NCBI GenBank assembly: GCA_964500675.1
Contig: CAZCNY010000007.1
Coordinates: 81,582 to 145,581, forward strand
From: an uncultured Verrucomicrobiaceae bacterium
GTDB taxonomy: Bacteria; Pseudomonadota; Gammaproteobacteria; Pseudomonadales; CAMLJR01
DNA length: 64,000 nt
Direction of reading: 5' to 3'
The translations under genes and the position numbers were made by a program. Below, one piece after another: positions 40,211 to 49,215 of this stretch (position 1 is the stretch's first letter; every line of letters starts with the position of its first letter). The notes under the pieces were generated by a model. It had not been told where the DNA came from, did not search any database, and worked only from the letters and a program-made list of their open reading frames with translations.

Positions 40211-40933
40211 ATGGTCGACAAGGATACGCACTCGCATCATATCTCGCAGCAGTTCAACGCCGAGTTGGACGATATTAAAACACGCATGTTGGAAATGGGC
40301 GGGTTGGTCGAGCGCCAGGTTGCGGAAGCCGTGAATGCGGTGATGAATTCCGATGGCGGACTCGCCGAGCGCGTGCTCAAAGGCGATATGCGCATCAATG
40401 CAATGGAAGTTGCGATTGATGAAGAATGCGCACTGATTCTCGCGCGCCGTCATCCCGCCGCGAGCGATTTGCGTCTCGTGCTCGCGATCACGCGTGCCTT
40501 GCACGATCTCGAACGCATGGGCGACGAAGCGACGAAAATTGCCGAGCAGGCGATTCGTTTGATCGATCACGGCGAGATGCCGCGTTGCGTGCAGGAGATT
40601 CGTCATCTCGGCAACCACGTCTGCATGATGGTGCGCGAAGCGCTCGATTGCTTTGCGCGCCTCGACACCGAGCAGGCATTGCGTGTCGCGCAGGAGGATA
40701 AAGCCGTCGATCTCGAATACTCGACAGCGATGCGCACGCTCATGACGTATATGATGGAGGATCCGCGCAGTATTTCAGCGGTGCTCAATATCATGTGGAG
40801 TCTGCGCTCGCTCGAACGCATCGGCGACCACGCGCTCAATATTGCCGAGCACGTCGTTTACATGGTGAAAGGGCAGGATGTGCGCCATGTCGGCTTGAGC
40901 GAACTCGAAGCGCGCATTCACAGCGGCAACTGA
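40211..40933 (+). CDS. phoU: phosphate signalling complex protein PhoU
   Basis: ~240 aa, a two-fold repeat with E(R/K)xGD motifs (LERMGDEA, LERIGDHA). ATG 40211 is preferred over TTG 40205. Confidence 0.92.
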   Translation: MVDKDTHSHHISQQFNAELDDIKTRMLEMGGLVERQVAEAVNAVMNSDGGLAERVLKGDMRINAMEVAIDEECALILARRHPAASDLRLVLAITRALHDLERMGDEATKIAEQAIRLIDHGEMPRCVQEIRHLGNHVCMMVREALDCFARLDTEQALRVAQEDKAVDLEYSTAMRTLMTYMMEDPRSISAVLNIMWSLRSLERIGDHALNIAEHVVYMVKGQDVRHVGLSELEARIHSGN

Positions 40934-40946
40934 TTGAATCCTTCAT

Positions 40947-41264
40947 TCACATTTGCGGCGCCCATGCCGAACACCAGCCCGCCGCTTTGACCTGCTTGCC
41001 GGGGAAAACCGAACAAGGTCCCTGTGCGGATCCCGTCGCGCCTTCATACAATGCGCAATTGCTGCAACGTCTATCAGCCGGTGCAGCGCTCGATTTGTCG
41101 GCGTCCTCGACATAACCGCGGGCTTTAGCCGCCGGATCATCGATGCGTAGCAACGTATCGTCGGCAAATGTATTTTCGCAGACCACATTCAGCGCCGGGA
41201 TGCATGCACCCAGTATCAGAGTTTTGAGCAGGGTGCGGCGCGACGTATCGACAATATGACGCAT
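40947..41264 (-). CDS. high-potential iron-sulfur protein (HiPIP) with Tat signal
   Basis: 105 aa with a SRRTLLK twin-arginine leader and the Cys pattern C..C..Y...(9)...C..F.GK.V...GWC..W. Confidence 0.88.
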   Translation of the reverse strand: MRHIVDTSRRTLLKTLILGACIPALNVVCENTFADDTLLRIDDPAAKARGYVEDADKSSAAPADRRCSNCALYEGATGSAQGPCSVFPGKQVKAAGWCSAWAPQM

Positions 41265-41541
41265 GGAATTTTCTCCGTCGTTGTGGCTGCGACGATATCG
41301 ATTCTTGTGCGTGAGCGCATAGATTTTTCGCCGCTAACGCATATCGGTTTCAATCGTCATTTACCGCGTGACAATCAATCGTACGCCGAGTCCTTCGTCG
41401 CGGCGATCGATATTGATGATTAGTTCCGCTCGACCTGTGACAGGCAGCAAATAGATTTCCTCTAGACTTGGTGGGTGGATCGGCTTCAGCGCAGAATGCG
41501 CGCCGAATTTAGACAGTAATCTAATTATTGAACCGGAGAGA

Positions 41542-41901
41542 ATGATGAAGATTTTTCGTGTGGCGGTCGTGGCGCTGTTGCCTTTGGCTGCGCAATGGGC
41601 ATGGTGTGGCGATTTGACGACCGATGCCGCGATTGGCGGTGCCGTTGGTGGAGCTTTGGGCGGTGTGGTCGGCGCCCAGGTCGGCGGTCGCCAAGGTGCC
41701 GTGGTGGGTGCAGGGATCGGCGGCGCGACCGGTGCGGCGATCGCCACTCAGGGCGATCAAGATACTCATCATGCTAGTCGTGAGCGCGATTATGACGATC
41801 GTGATTATGAAGGTCATGAGCACCATAGGCATCATGAACACTACGACGACGATGAAAATCATTTTTGTCCGCCCGGCCAAGCCAAAAAAGGCAACTGTTA
41901 G
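41542..41901 (+). CDS. secreted glycine-zipper protein with acidic/His-rich tail and CPPGQAKKGNC terminus
   Basis: 119 aa with a signal peptide, (GxxxG)n tract AIGGAVGGALGGVVGAQVGG..., then RDYDDRDYEGHEHHRHHEHYDDDENHFCPPGQAKKGNC. Confidence 0.75.
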   Translation: MMKIFRVAVVALLPLAAQWAWCGDLTTDAAIGGAVGGALGGVVGAQVGGRQGAVVGAGIGGATGAAIATQGDQDTHHASRERDYDDRDYEGHEHHRHHEHYDDDENHFCPPGQAKKGNC

Positions 41902-41924
41902 ATTTATTTTTTCTAGCCCTTCAC

Positions 41925-41953
41925 GAAAGGCCCGCAAGGGCCTTTCGCATTTT
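41925..41953 (+). terminator. rho-independent terminator
   Basis: GAAAGGCCC-GCAA-GGGCCTTTC (9-bp stem, tetraloop) followed by GCATTTT, 24 nt after the stop. Confidence 0.8.
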
Positions 41954-42177
41954 CGTCGTGCAGAAACTGCATGCGTCTTGCTTTCTAAGATATTTCACGA
42001 AGTCGCTGTGAGCGCGTTCACGTGTTGAATAGATATTGCCGGCGACGGTTGAAGCTCTTCACAAAAGCGCGGTTCATCGACAGCCTTGCTGCAATGTCCA
42101 CTATAAGATGATGCGAGAATCCATCAACAACAATGCATCATGGCCAATGGATTGTGCGTGTGCTCTGAGGCGAAGTC

Positions 42178-42738
42178 ATGCGCAAAATATCGATCTTAGC
42201 GGCAGCTCTAACAGCTCTTGTCAGCGGTGAGGCGGCTGCCTACAAAACGAGTTATAACACTTCCTCGACCATCAGTTACAACGGTATTACCTATCAGTAT
42301 TCAAGTAGCTCGACATGTCCGGATGGCACAGCGGCGCTGCGGCTATATCGCAAATGGTGGTGCCCCGTAACGAGCAGTACGACCAGTACATCGGGTTCCA
42401 CCAGCACGACGACTTCCAGCGGTACGACAACGACGAGCACAACAACGACGAGTACAACAACGACGCCGACGTCTTACAGCGCTAATATTTCGTGGACAAT
42501 TCCCACCACGCGCGCCGACGGTACGTTGTTATCGGCGAGCGAGTTGTCGGGCTATGAGGTGTATTACACCAACGATACCGGCAGCGTCAACGTGACAGTT
42601 CCTGTATCGGGGGGCAACACGGTGAATACAGTGGTGAGCAGCTTGACGTCGGGCAATTATTATTTTTCGATCTCGGCGATCGATACCAGCGGGCTGAAGA
42701 GCGCACTCTCGACGGTCGCAACGGTAAGCCTTCCTTAA
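42178..42738 (+). CDS. secreted protein: Ser/Thr-rich linker plus fibronectin type III-like domain
   Basis: 186 aa with a signal peptide and a 35-residue S/T tract. The C-terminal ANISWTIPTTRADGTLLSASELSGYEVYY...GNYYFSISAIDTSGLKS follows the FN3 pattern. Confidence 0.75.
   Translation: MRKISILAAALTALVSGEAAAYKTSYNTSSTISYNGITYQYSSSSTCPDGTAALRLYRKWWCPVTSSTTSTSGSTSTTTSSGTTTTSTTTTSTTTTPTSYSANISWTIPTTRADGTLLSASELSGYEVYYTNDTGSVNVTVPVSGGNTVNTVVSSLTSGNYYFSISAIDTSGLKSALSTVATVSLP
42370..42474 (+). repeat. low-complexity ACN/AGY codon tract encoding the Ser/Thr linker
   Basis: Encodes TSSTTSTSGSTSTTTSSGTTTTSTTTTSTTTTPTS. The DNA shows reiterated acaacaacgacgag units. Confidence 0.7.
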
Positions 42739-42758
42739 AGCTGGCGGTGAAGTTTTGC

Positions 42759-42793
42759 ATGGCGCGCGAATAATTTGTGCGCCATTTTTTTTT
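42759..42793 (+). terminator. rho-independent terminator
   Basis: ATGGCGC-(13-nt loop)-GCGCCAT followed by T8. The A-poor 5' flank means it should work on the plus strand only. Confidence 0.6.
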
Positions 42794-42799
42794 GGTCAT

Positions 42800-44044
42800 C
42801 TAATTCATGTTGGCAATCACAGCGGCGCCGAACTCCGAGCATGTCAGTGTCGCCGCATCGGGAATGAGCCGCGCGAGATCGTATGTCACCGTTTTTGCCG
42901 CGATCGCGCCATCCAAACCGCGTTGAATAAGATCGGCCGCTTCGCACCATTGCAGATAGCGCAATAGCATTTCCCCCGCGAGAATCAGCGCGCTCGGATT
43001 TACTTTGTCCTGGCCGGCATATTGCGGCGCGGTGCCGTGGATGGCTTCAAAGACCGCGACATCATCGCCGAGATTTGCCACCGCCGAACGGCCGACTGCA
43101 CCGGCCTGCGCCGTGAGCGCATCGGCCAAATAGTCTCCATTTAAATTCAGCGTGGCGATAACGCTGAATTGTTCCGGGCGTGTGAGCATCTGCTGAAACA
43201 TCGCATCGGCGACGATATCGTTGATGACGATTTGACGCTGCGTGCGCGGGTTGGTGAATGCGAGCCACGGCGTATTGTCGAGCGGTTGCGCACCGAATTC
43301 TTCCGCGGCTAATTCATAACCCCACTGCCGAAATGCATCCTCGGTGAATTTCATCGCATCGCCTTTATGCACGAGCGTCACGCTTGGCAGGTCGTGATCG
43401 ATGGCGTATTGAATGGCGCGTCGTATCAAGCGCTTTGAACCTTCGGCAGAAACATTTTTGATGCCGATGGCGCAATTTTCGTCGAAGCGAATTTTTTTAA
43501 CGCCCATCTCTTCGAGCAGGAATTGCAAAACCTTTTCCGCTTGCGGCGAACCCGCTTTCCACTCGATACCCGAGTAAACGTCCTCGGAATTTTCGCGAAA
43601 AATCACCATGTCGATTTTTTGCGGTTCGCGCACCGGTGCGGGCGAGCCGCGCAGCCAGCGCACGCGTCGCTGCGCGACGTAAAGATCGAACTCCTGGCGC
43701 AGTGCGATATTGAGCGAACGAAAACCTTCGCCGATCGGAGTCGTGAGCGGACCTTTGATGACGATGCCGTATTCCTTGATGGCGTCGAGCGTCGCGGTAG
43801 GGTACCACTCGCCCGCAAACATATCGGCGGCTTTTTCTCCGCTGTAAATTTCGAGCCACGCAATGTGGCGTTTACCGCCGTAAGCGCGCGCAACGGCGGC
43901 GTCGATCACGCTGCGCATCACCGGAGCGATGTCGACACCGATGCCGTCGCCCTCGATGAATGGCACGATCGGATGATCGGGCACATGCAGCGAGCGGTCG
44001 GCGTCGATCGCAATTTTTTCGCCGCGTTGAGTCGCTTGTGTCAT
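42800..44044 (-). CDS. icd: NADP-dependent isocitrate dehydrogenase (E. coli-type homodimeric)
   Basis: ORF 42800..44269 trimmed to [11 protein letters not shown]... at 44044 (GGGAG RBS). 414 aa. [21 protein letters not shown] retains the Ser that AceK phosphorylates in E. coli (S113 context IRSLN). Confidence 0.93.
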   Translation of the reverse strand: MTQATQRGEKIAIDADRSLHVPDHPIVPFIEGDGIGVDIAPVMRSVIDAAVARAYGGKRHIAWLEIYSGEKAADMFAGEWYPTATLDAIKEYGIVIKGPLTTPIGEGFRSLNIALRQEFDLYVAQRRVRWLRGSPAPVREPQKIDMVIFRENSEDVYSGIEWKAGSPQAEKVLQFLLEEMGVKKIRFDENCAIGIKNVSAEGSKRLIRRAIQYAIDHDLPSVTLVHKGDAMKFTEDAFRQWGYELAAEEFGAQPLDNTPWLAFTNPRTQRQIVINDIVADAMFQQMLTRPEQFSVIATLNLNGDYLADALTAQAGAVGRSAVANLGDDVAVFEAIHGTAPQYAGQDKVNPSALILAGEMLLRYLQWCEAADLIQRGLDGAIAAKTVTYDLARLIPDAATLTCSEFGAAVIANMN

Positions 44045-44087
44045 CTTATCGCTCCCAACATCGTATGTTGTTGACATCGGCGGCCAA

Positions 44088-46268
44088 TTAACTTTTTGCC
44101 AATTGCGCTTTGCGTTCGCGACGGCGCGCGTGCAATACCGGCTCGGTGTAACCGTTCGGTTGCTCGCGGCCTTTGAACACCAAATCGCACGCCGCTTGAA
44201 ACGCGATGCCGTCGAAATTCGGCGCCATTTTCGTGTACAGCGCGTCGCCGGCGTTTTGCTCGTCGACAATGACCGCCATGCGTTGCATGGTTTCTAGCAC
44301 TTGTTCGCGCGTGCAAATCCCGTGATGCAGCCAGTTCGCGATGTGCTGACTCGAAATGCGCAGCGTCGCGCGATCTTCCATCAACCCGATATTGTTGATG
44401 TCGGGTACTTTCGAGCAGCCGACGCCCTGATCGATCCAGCGTACGACATAACCGAGAATGCCCTGCGCGTTGTTGTCGAGCTCCTGTTGAATTTCCGCGG
44501 CCGACAATTTTTTATTGTCCGCCGGCACATGTTTATTCAGCAAAGGCAGTGTAAGAATGTCGTCGAGTGCGGCGCGCGAACGCGCGAGCAATTCTTCCTG
44601 GCGCTGCGCGACATTGACTTGATGGTAGTGCATGGCGTGCAGCGTTGCCGCGGTCGGCGAAGGCACCCACGCGGTATTCGCGCCGGCTTGCGGATGCCCG
44701 ATTTTTTGTTTGAGCATTTCCGCCATAAGGTCGGGCATCGCCCACATGCCTTTACCGATTTGCGCGCGCTGGCGCAGACCGCATTGCAGACCGATATCGA
44801 CGTTCCACTGCTCGTACGCCTGAATCCATGTTTCCTGTTTCATCGCATTTTTGCGCACCATCGCACCGGCTTCCATGCTGGTGTGAATTTCATCGCCAGT
44901 ACGATCGAGAAAGCCTGTGTTGATGAAGACGACGCGCTGTTTCGCCACGCGAATGCATTCTTTCAGGTTCACCGTGGTGCGGCGCTCTTCGTCCATGATG
45001 CCGACTTTGAGCGTATTGCGCGCGAGACCGAGGATGTTTTCGATCGCACTGAATAAGTCACAGGTAAATGCGACTTCTTTGGGTCCATGCATTTTCGGTT
45101 TGACGATGTAGATCGAACCTGTGCGCGAATTTTTTATACGACCGCCGCCTTTCAAATCGTGCATGGCGATCAGAGAGGTAATCGCGCCGTCGAGAATGCC
45201 TTCGGGCACTTCGTTGCCGGCGCTGTCGAGCACCGCGCTTGTCGTCATCAAATGGCCGACGTTGCGCACGAATAGCAAGCTGCGGCCCGGCAACGTGAGA
45301 TTGCCGCCATCGAGCGCGGTGAATGTGCGATCGGGGCTGAGCGTGCGCGTGAGCGTTTTGCCGTCTTTCACAAAACTTTCGCTGAGATCGCCTTGCATGA
45401 GGCCGAGCCAATTGGCGTAGGCGAGCGCTTTGTCCTCGCCATCGACCGCAGCGATCGAGTCTTCCAAATCCTGAATCGTGGTGAGCGCGGATTCGAGCAC
45501 GATGTCTTTGATGCCCGCTGCATCGGTGCTGCCGATCGAATGTGCGCGATCGATTTGGATTTCGATATGCAGACCGTTGTGACGCAACAGAATCGACGAT
45601 GGCGCATGCGCTTCGCCGTTGTAGCCGACCAGTGCATGACGTTGTTGCAGCGGCGCAGTCTTGCCGCTTTTCAGCGCGATCTGCAATTCACCGTCAATGA
45701 TGACGTATTGCGTTGCATCGCTGTGGCTGCCGTCTTTCAGCGGGACGCTGCGATCGAGAAATTCGCGTGCAAACGCGATCACGCGTGCGCCGCGTTTTGG
45801 ATCGTAGCCCTTCGCGCTTTCCGAAGGGTCGCGCGCAATCGCATCGGTGCCATAGAGCGCATCGTACAAACTGCCCCAGCGCGCATTCGCCGCGTTCAAT
45901 GCGTAACGCGCGTTCATCACGGGCACGACGAGCTGCGGGCCGGCGAGAATTGCGATTTCAGAATCGACATTCTGCGTTTCGATCTGAAAATCCGGGCCTT
46001 CGGGCAACAGGTAGCCGATGTCGCGGAGAAATTGCCGATAAGTAACGGGATCGAACGGGTTCGATCGATGCCAGTTATCGATCTGCGCTTGCAGCGCATC
46101 GCGTTCCGCGAGCAGCGCGCGATTGCGCGGCGCGAACTCGGCAAGCAGCGCGGCAAAACCGCGCCAGAATTGATCGGCAGCGATGCCAGTGCCGTGCGCG
46201 GCGCGTTGCACGAGCGCGTGCAGCGGCGCAGAAATTTTTAAACCTTCGACCGGGATGTAATTGCTCAT
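44088..46268 (-). CDS. glcB: malate synthase G
   Basis: 726 aa, with size and blocks (e.g. [37 protein letters not shown]) typical of GlcB. Confidence 0.95.
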   Translation of the reverse strand: MSNYIPVEGLKISAPLHALVQRAAHGTGIAADQFWRGFAALLAEFAPRNRALLAERDALQAQIDNWHRSNPFDPVTYRQFLRDIGYLLPEGPDFQIETQNVDSEIAILAGPQLVVPVMNARYALNAANARWGSLYDALYGTDAIARDPSESAKGYDPKRGARVIAFAREFLDRSVPLKDGSHSDATQYVIIDGELQIALKSGKTAPLQQRHALVGYNGEAHAPSSILLRHNGLHIEIQIDRAHSIGSTDAAGIKDIVLESALTTIQDLEDSIAAVDGEDKALAYANWLGLMQGDLSESFVKDGKTLTRTLSPDRTFTALDGGNLTLPGRSLLFVRNVGHLMTTSAVLDSAGNEVPEGILDGAITSLIAMHDLKGGGRIKNSRTGSIYIVKPKMHGPKEVAFTCDLFSAIENILGLARNTLKVGIMDEERRTTVNLKECIRVAKQRVVFINTGFLDRTGDEIHTSMEAGAMVRKNAMKQETWIQAYEQWNVDIGLQCGLRQRAQIGKGMWAMPDLMAEMLKQKIGHPQAGANTAWVPSPTAATLHAMHYHQVNVAQRQEELLARSRAALDDILTLPLLNKHVPADNKKLSAAEIQQELDNNAQGILGYVVRWIDQGVGCSKVPDINNIGLMEDRATLRISSQHIANWLHHGICTREQVLETMQRMAVIVDEQNAGDALYTKMAPNFDGIAFQAACDLVFKGREQPNGYTEPVLHARRRERKAQLAKS

Positions 46269-46328
46269 AATCGTCGTCCTGCTTGAAAAAAAACGGAGTG
46301 AAAAATTGTCGTCTAAAAAATCGTCTAA

Positions 46329-48134
46329 TCAAAACCCGCTGTCATTGGCATGTTGCACAAAGCGCTGTGCCTTGCGGTAGGGGAACACATCGTGCACCAC
46401 GCCCGCATTGATCTGACGCTGCATATCGATCCAGAAGTCGGGGTCGTAGATTTCCGGGTGCAAACGATCGAGCGCTTGCCGCGCGCGCGGATTCCCCGCA
46501 AAGAAGCGCCGAAACTCTTCCGGGAAAATATCGTTGACGGCGACGCCGTATGTGGGTGTTCCCGCCAGTATATCGGCATCGTCGCGCGGCGGTGGAATGC
46601 GGCGAAAACGGCATTCGGTGAGCGGGCACAATTCGTCGTAGTCGTAGAACACGACGCGGCCGTGGCGCGTCACACCGAAATTCTTGAGCAGCATATCGCC
46701 TGGAAAAATATTGGCGGCGGCGAGTTGCTTGATGGCGTTGCCGTACTCGTCCATCACGCTGTCGATCTCGTCATCGACGGCGTGCTGCAAATACAAATTC
46801 AACGGCGTCATGCGGCGTTCGATATAGATGTGTTTGATGATCAGCGCCCGGCCGTGAATGACGATCTGCGACGCGCATTCGCGCTGTAATTCCGCCAGCA
46901 ACTCGGGCGAAAAGCGCGCGAGCGGAAACGCGAGATTGCGAAATTCGTGCATGTCGGCCATGCGGCCAGCGCGCTCGGAGCGCTTTACAAAATTGTATTT
47001 TTCCTTGACCTGTTCGCGCGTCGTTTCCTTGGGAGGCGCGAAGCGATCCTTGATGATTTTGTAAACGTAATCAAATGAGGGCAGGGTGAACACTTCCATC
47101 ACCATGCCTTTGATACCCGGTGCAATCACGTACTGATCGGTTGAATGCCGCGTGTGTGCGACGGCGGCGCGATAAAATTCGCTTTTAGCGTGCTTGACGA
47201 AACCGAGTGCGGTGTACAGCTCGAAAATTTCCTTGTTCGGCATCAGCCCTTTGAGAAAGCGCACGTATTGCGACGGCACCGGAATATCGACCATGAAGTA
47301 TGTGCGCGTGAAGCTGAACAAAATCGAGAGATCGTCGGCGCTGAATAATGCGGTGTCGACGAAGATGCCGCCCTGCTCGTTGTTGAGCAGCGCTAAAACA
47401 AATGGGCAGCTGCGATCGCCGCAGTAAATTTTTCCGATCAGGTAGCCGGCTTTGTTGCGATAAAAAATGGAATCGAGCACTTCGATTTGCGTGGCATGCG
47501 GGGCGAGCATGCCGCGCGCTTCGTCGCTGCGCTCCGCGGCCGCAATGATGCATTGAATATCGCGCTCGATATTCTCGAAACCGATGCTGAAATCGATGTC
47601 GCACAAAATTTCGCGAAGCAGCGCCGGCACGCTGTCTTTACGTTGCTCATCATCGTTGCTTTGCCCGTCGTCATTGCATTGCCCATCGCCGTTGTATTGC
47701 TCATCGTCGCTGCATTGATAGGTTTTCAGTACGCGCTCAAAACTTGCGGGCGTTGACAGGGGTTGTTCGAGGGCGAACGAATTGAGCCCCGATACTTTTT
47801 CGTGACCGAATACGAAGCAGTAACACGAGTTAAAAAACGTCTGCGCGATTTCGGCGTTGCTGTGTGTGAGCACGATGTCGGCATATTCGCGTTTTGCCGC
47901 GCGCCATAAATAGCGATCGTGCAAGTGTTCGCCGGCGATGACGCCGATCGCGGTGGCGGTGTGGTTGACCTTGCGGCGATAAATGGTAAGCCGATCGGCC
48001 ATTGCGGTATGAATCGCGTGCCATTCGGCGCGTTCGAAGCGCGCTTGCGCACCCAGCGTGATGTTCTGCCATTCGGCGAACATGCTGTCGAAACCGTTGA
48101 GGATGGCGCGCGCGAAGCGGCGGGCGATGGACAT
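46329..48134 (-). CDS. aceK: isocitrate dehydrogenase kinase/phosphatase
   Basis: ORF 46329..48170 trimmed to MSIARRFARAILNGFDSMFAEW... at 48134. 601 aa, collinear with AceK through the C-terminal kinase domain. Confidence 0.9.
   Translation of the reverse strand: MSIARRFARAILNGFDSMFAEWQNITLGAQARFERAEWHAIHTAMADRLTIYRRKVNHTATAIGVIAGEHLHDRYLWRAAKREYADIVLTHSNAEIAQTFFNSCYCFVFGHEKVSGLNSFALEQPLSTPASFERVLKTYQCSDDEQYNGDGQCNDDGQSNDDEQRKDSVPALLREILCDIDFSIGFENIERDIQCIIAAAERSDEARGMLAPHATQIEVLDSIFYRNKAGYLIGKIYCGDRSCPFVLALLNNEQGGIFVDTALFSADDLSILFSFTRTYFMVDIPVPSQYVRFLKGLMPNKEIFELYTALGFVKHAKSEFYRAAVAHTRHSTDQYVIAPGIKGMVMEVFTLPSFDYVYKIIKDRFAPPKETTREQVKEKYNFVKRSERAGRMADMHEFRNLAFPLARFSPELLAELQRECASQIVIHGRALIIKHIYIERRMTPLNLYLQHAVDDEIDSVMDEYGNAIKQLAAANIFPGDMLLKNFGVTRHGRVVFYDYDELCPLTECRFRRIPPPRDDADILAGTPTYGVAVNDIFPEEFRRFFAGNPRARQALDRLHPEIYDPDFWIDMQRQINAGVVHDVFPYRKAQRFVQHANDSGF
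47646..47717 (-). repeat. four imperfect 18-nt tandem repeats inside aceK
   Basis: Plus strand: CTCATCATCGTTGCTTTG / CCCGTCGTCATTGCATTG / CCCATCGCCGTTGTATTG / CTCATCGTCGCTGCATTG. In the gene frame this encodes QCSDDE-QYNGDG-QCNDDG-QSNDDE. Confidence 0.9.
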
Positions 48135-48195
48135 GGTATTAACCGGTCTGGTGTAAAAAGTATGGAGCACTCATAATCGTTACAAGGAGTCACTT

Positions 48196-48213
48196 CCCCT
48201 TTAATTAAAGGGG
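48196..48213. promoter_or_regulatory. perfect 18-bp palindrome in the aceK/LysR divergent region
   Basis: CCCCTTTAATTAAAGGGG lies 24 nt upstream of the LysR ATG (48237) and 62 nt from the aceK ATG (48134). Confidence 0.4.
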
Positions 48214-48236
48214 GAATCAAATAATTGAGCCAGCCT

Positions 48237-49187
48237 ATGAATCTTGCCCGCGTCGATCTCAATCTGCTCGTCTACCTTGATGTGCTGCTGCGCGAATGCA
48301 GCGTCACGCGTGCGGCCGAGCAGCTTAACATCACGCAGCCCGCGATGAGCAACGGTCTGCGCCGCTTGCGCGATCTGTTCGACGATCCGCTGCTGATTCG
48401 CACCAGCGAGGGCATGCGCCCGACCGCGCGCGCGCTCGAATTGCAGCCGCAATTGCGCGAGGTGCTGAGCAAGCTTGAAGTTGTCGTGCAGTCGAGCAAC
48501 TTTGAGCCGCGGCAGAGCGAGCAGTTGTTTCGCATCATGGCCAGCGATTACGCCGAGTCGACCTTGCTGCCGCATTTGCTCGACGCCCTTCGCGACAGCG
48601 CACCCGGTATCGCGATCGATATTCTGACGCCGTCCGATGTCACGTTTCTCGATCTCGAAAAAGGCAAGATCGATCTCGCGATCAACCGCTTCGATCATTT
48701 GCCCAAATCGTTGCATCATACGACGCTGTGGCGCGATACGTTTTCGTGCTTGCTCAGCGCCGGCAATCCGATACTCGATGATTTTACACTCGATGCGTAT
48801 TTGCAGGCAGCGCATATTTGGGTGAGCAAAACCGGCATGGGCGTGGGTACGGGCATGACACCGCGCGATACGCTGCGGCTCGGTTGGGTCGACGAGGCGC
48901 TCGCCGAACTTGGCAAGCAGCGGCGCATTCGCATTTTCACGCGCCATTACCAGGTTGCCGCGCTGCTCGCGCAACAACCCGATTTGATTGCGACGCTGCC
49001 GACACAAGCGGCGCTGCTGCAAAGCGATAACCCGCGTCTCGCAATTCGCCGCCCGCCGTTTCCGATCGTGCCGATTGAGTTGAAGATGGCATGGAGCGCA
49101 CTACTGCAACACAACAACGCGCATATCTGGTTGCGCCGGAAAATTCAGGATGTCGCGCGCGAGTTGCTCACGAAAAATAAATCCTGA
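48237..49187 (+). CDS. LysR-family transcriptional regulator
   Basis: ORF 48225 (TTG) trimmed to ATG 48237. MNLARVDLNLLVYLDVLLRECSVTRAAEQLNITQPAMSNGLRRLR is a canonical LysR HTH. Confidence 0.9.
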   Translation: MNLARVDLNLLVYLDVLLRECSVTRAAEQLNITQPAMSNGLRRLRDLFDDPLLIRTSEGMRPTARALELQPQLREVLSKLEVVVQSSNFEPRQSEQLFRIMASDYAESTLLPHLLDALRDSAPGIAIDILTPSDVTFLDLEKGKIDLAINRFDHLPKSLHHTTLWRDTFSCLLSAGNPILDDFTLDAYLQAAHIWVSKTGMGVGTGMTPRDTLRLGWVDEALAELGKQRRIRIFTRHYQVAALLAQQPDLIATLPTQAALLQSDNPRLAIRRPPFPIVPIELKMAWSALLQHNNAHIWLRRKIQDVARELLTKNKS

Positions 49188-49215
49188 AAATATCGGCTGT
49201 GTTGAGACCGCGGAT

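Noticed and set aside
41361-41747. 128-aa minus-strand ORF whose 3' part (…EEIYLLPVTGRAELIINIDRRDEGLGVRLIVTR) looks vaguely protein-like upstream of the HiPIP gene
   Set aside because: Most of the ORF is antisense to the glycine-zipper gene (Ala/Pro repeats). The non-overlapping part has no ATG or GTG start and no recognisable family.
42800-44269. Long N-terminal extensions in listed ORFs. Examples: icd to 44269, phosphoesterase to 52589, TetR to 59427, subunit-III-like to 22132, hemJ to 3914, fbiC from 8668, unknown protein to 28529
   Set aside because: The extensions overlap upstream genes or intergenic DNA and lack homology to the family N-termini. Internal ATGs with RBS or ATGA coupling give canonical protein starts, so the trimmed coordinates were used.
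48201-49022. 273-aa ORF antisense to the LysR gene, and similar long antisense ORFs in glcB (45393..46241, 44301..45056) and CAR (59201..59899, 61709..62587, 60962..61492)
   Set aside because: All lie opposite genes with unambiguous family-level identity. Their composition (R, A, H, Q runs) indicates non-coding shadows.
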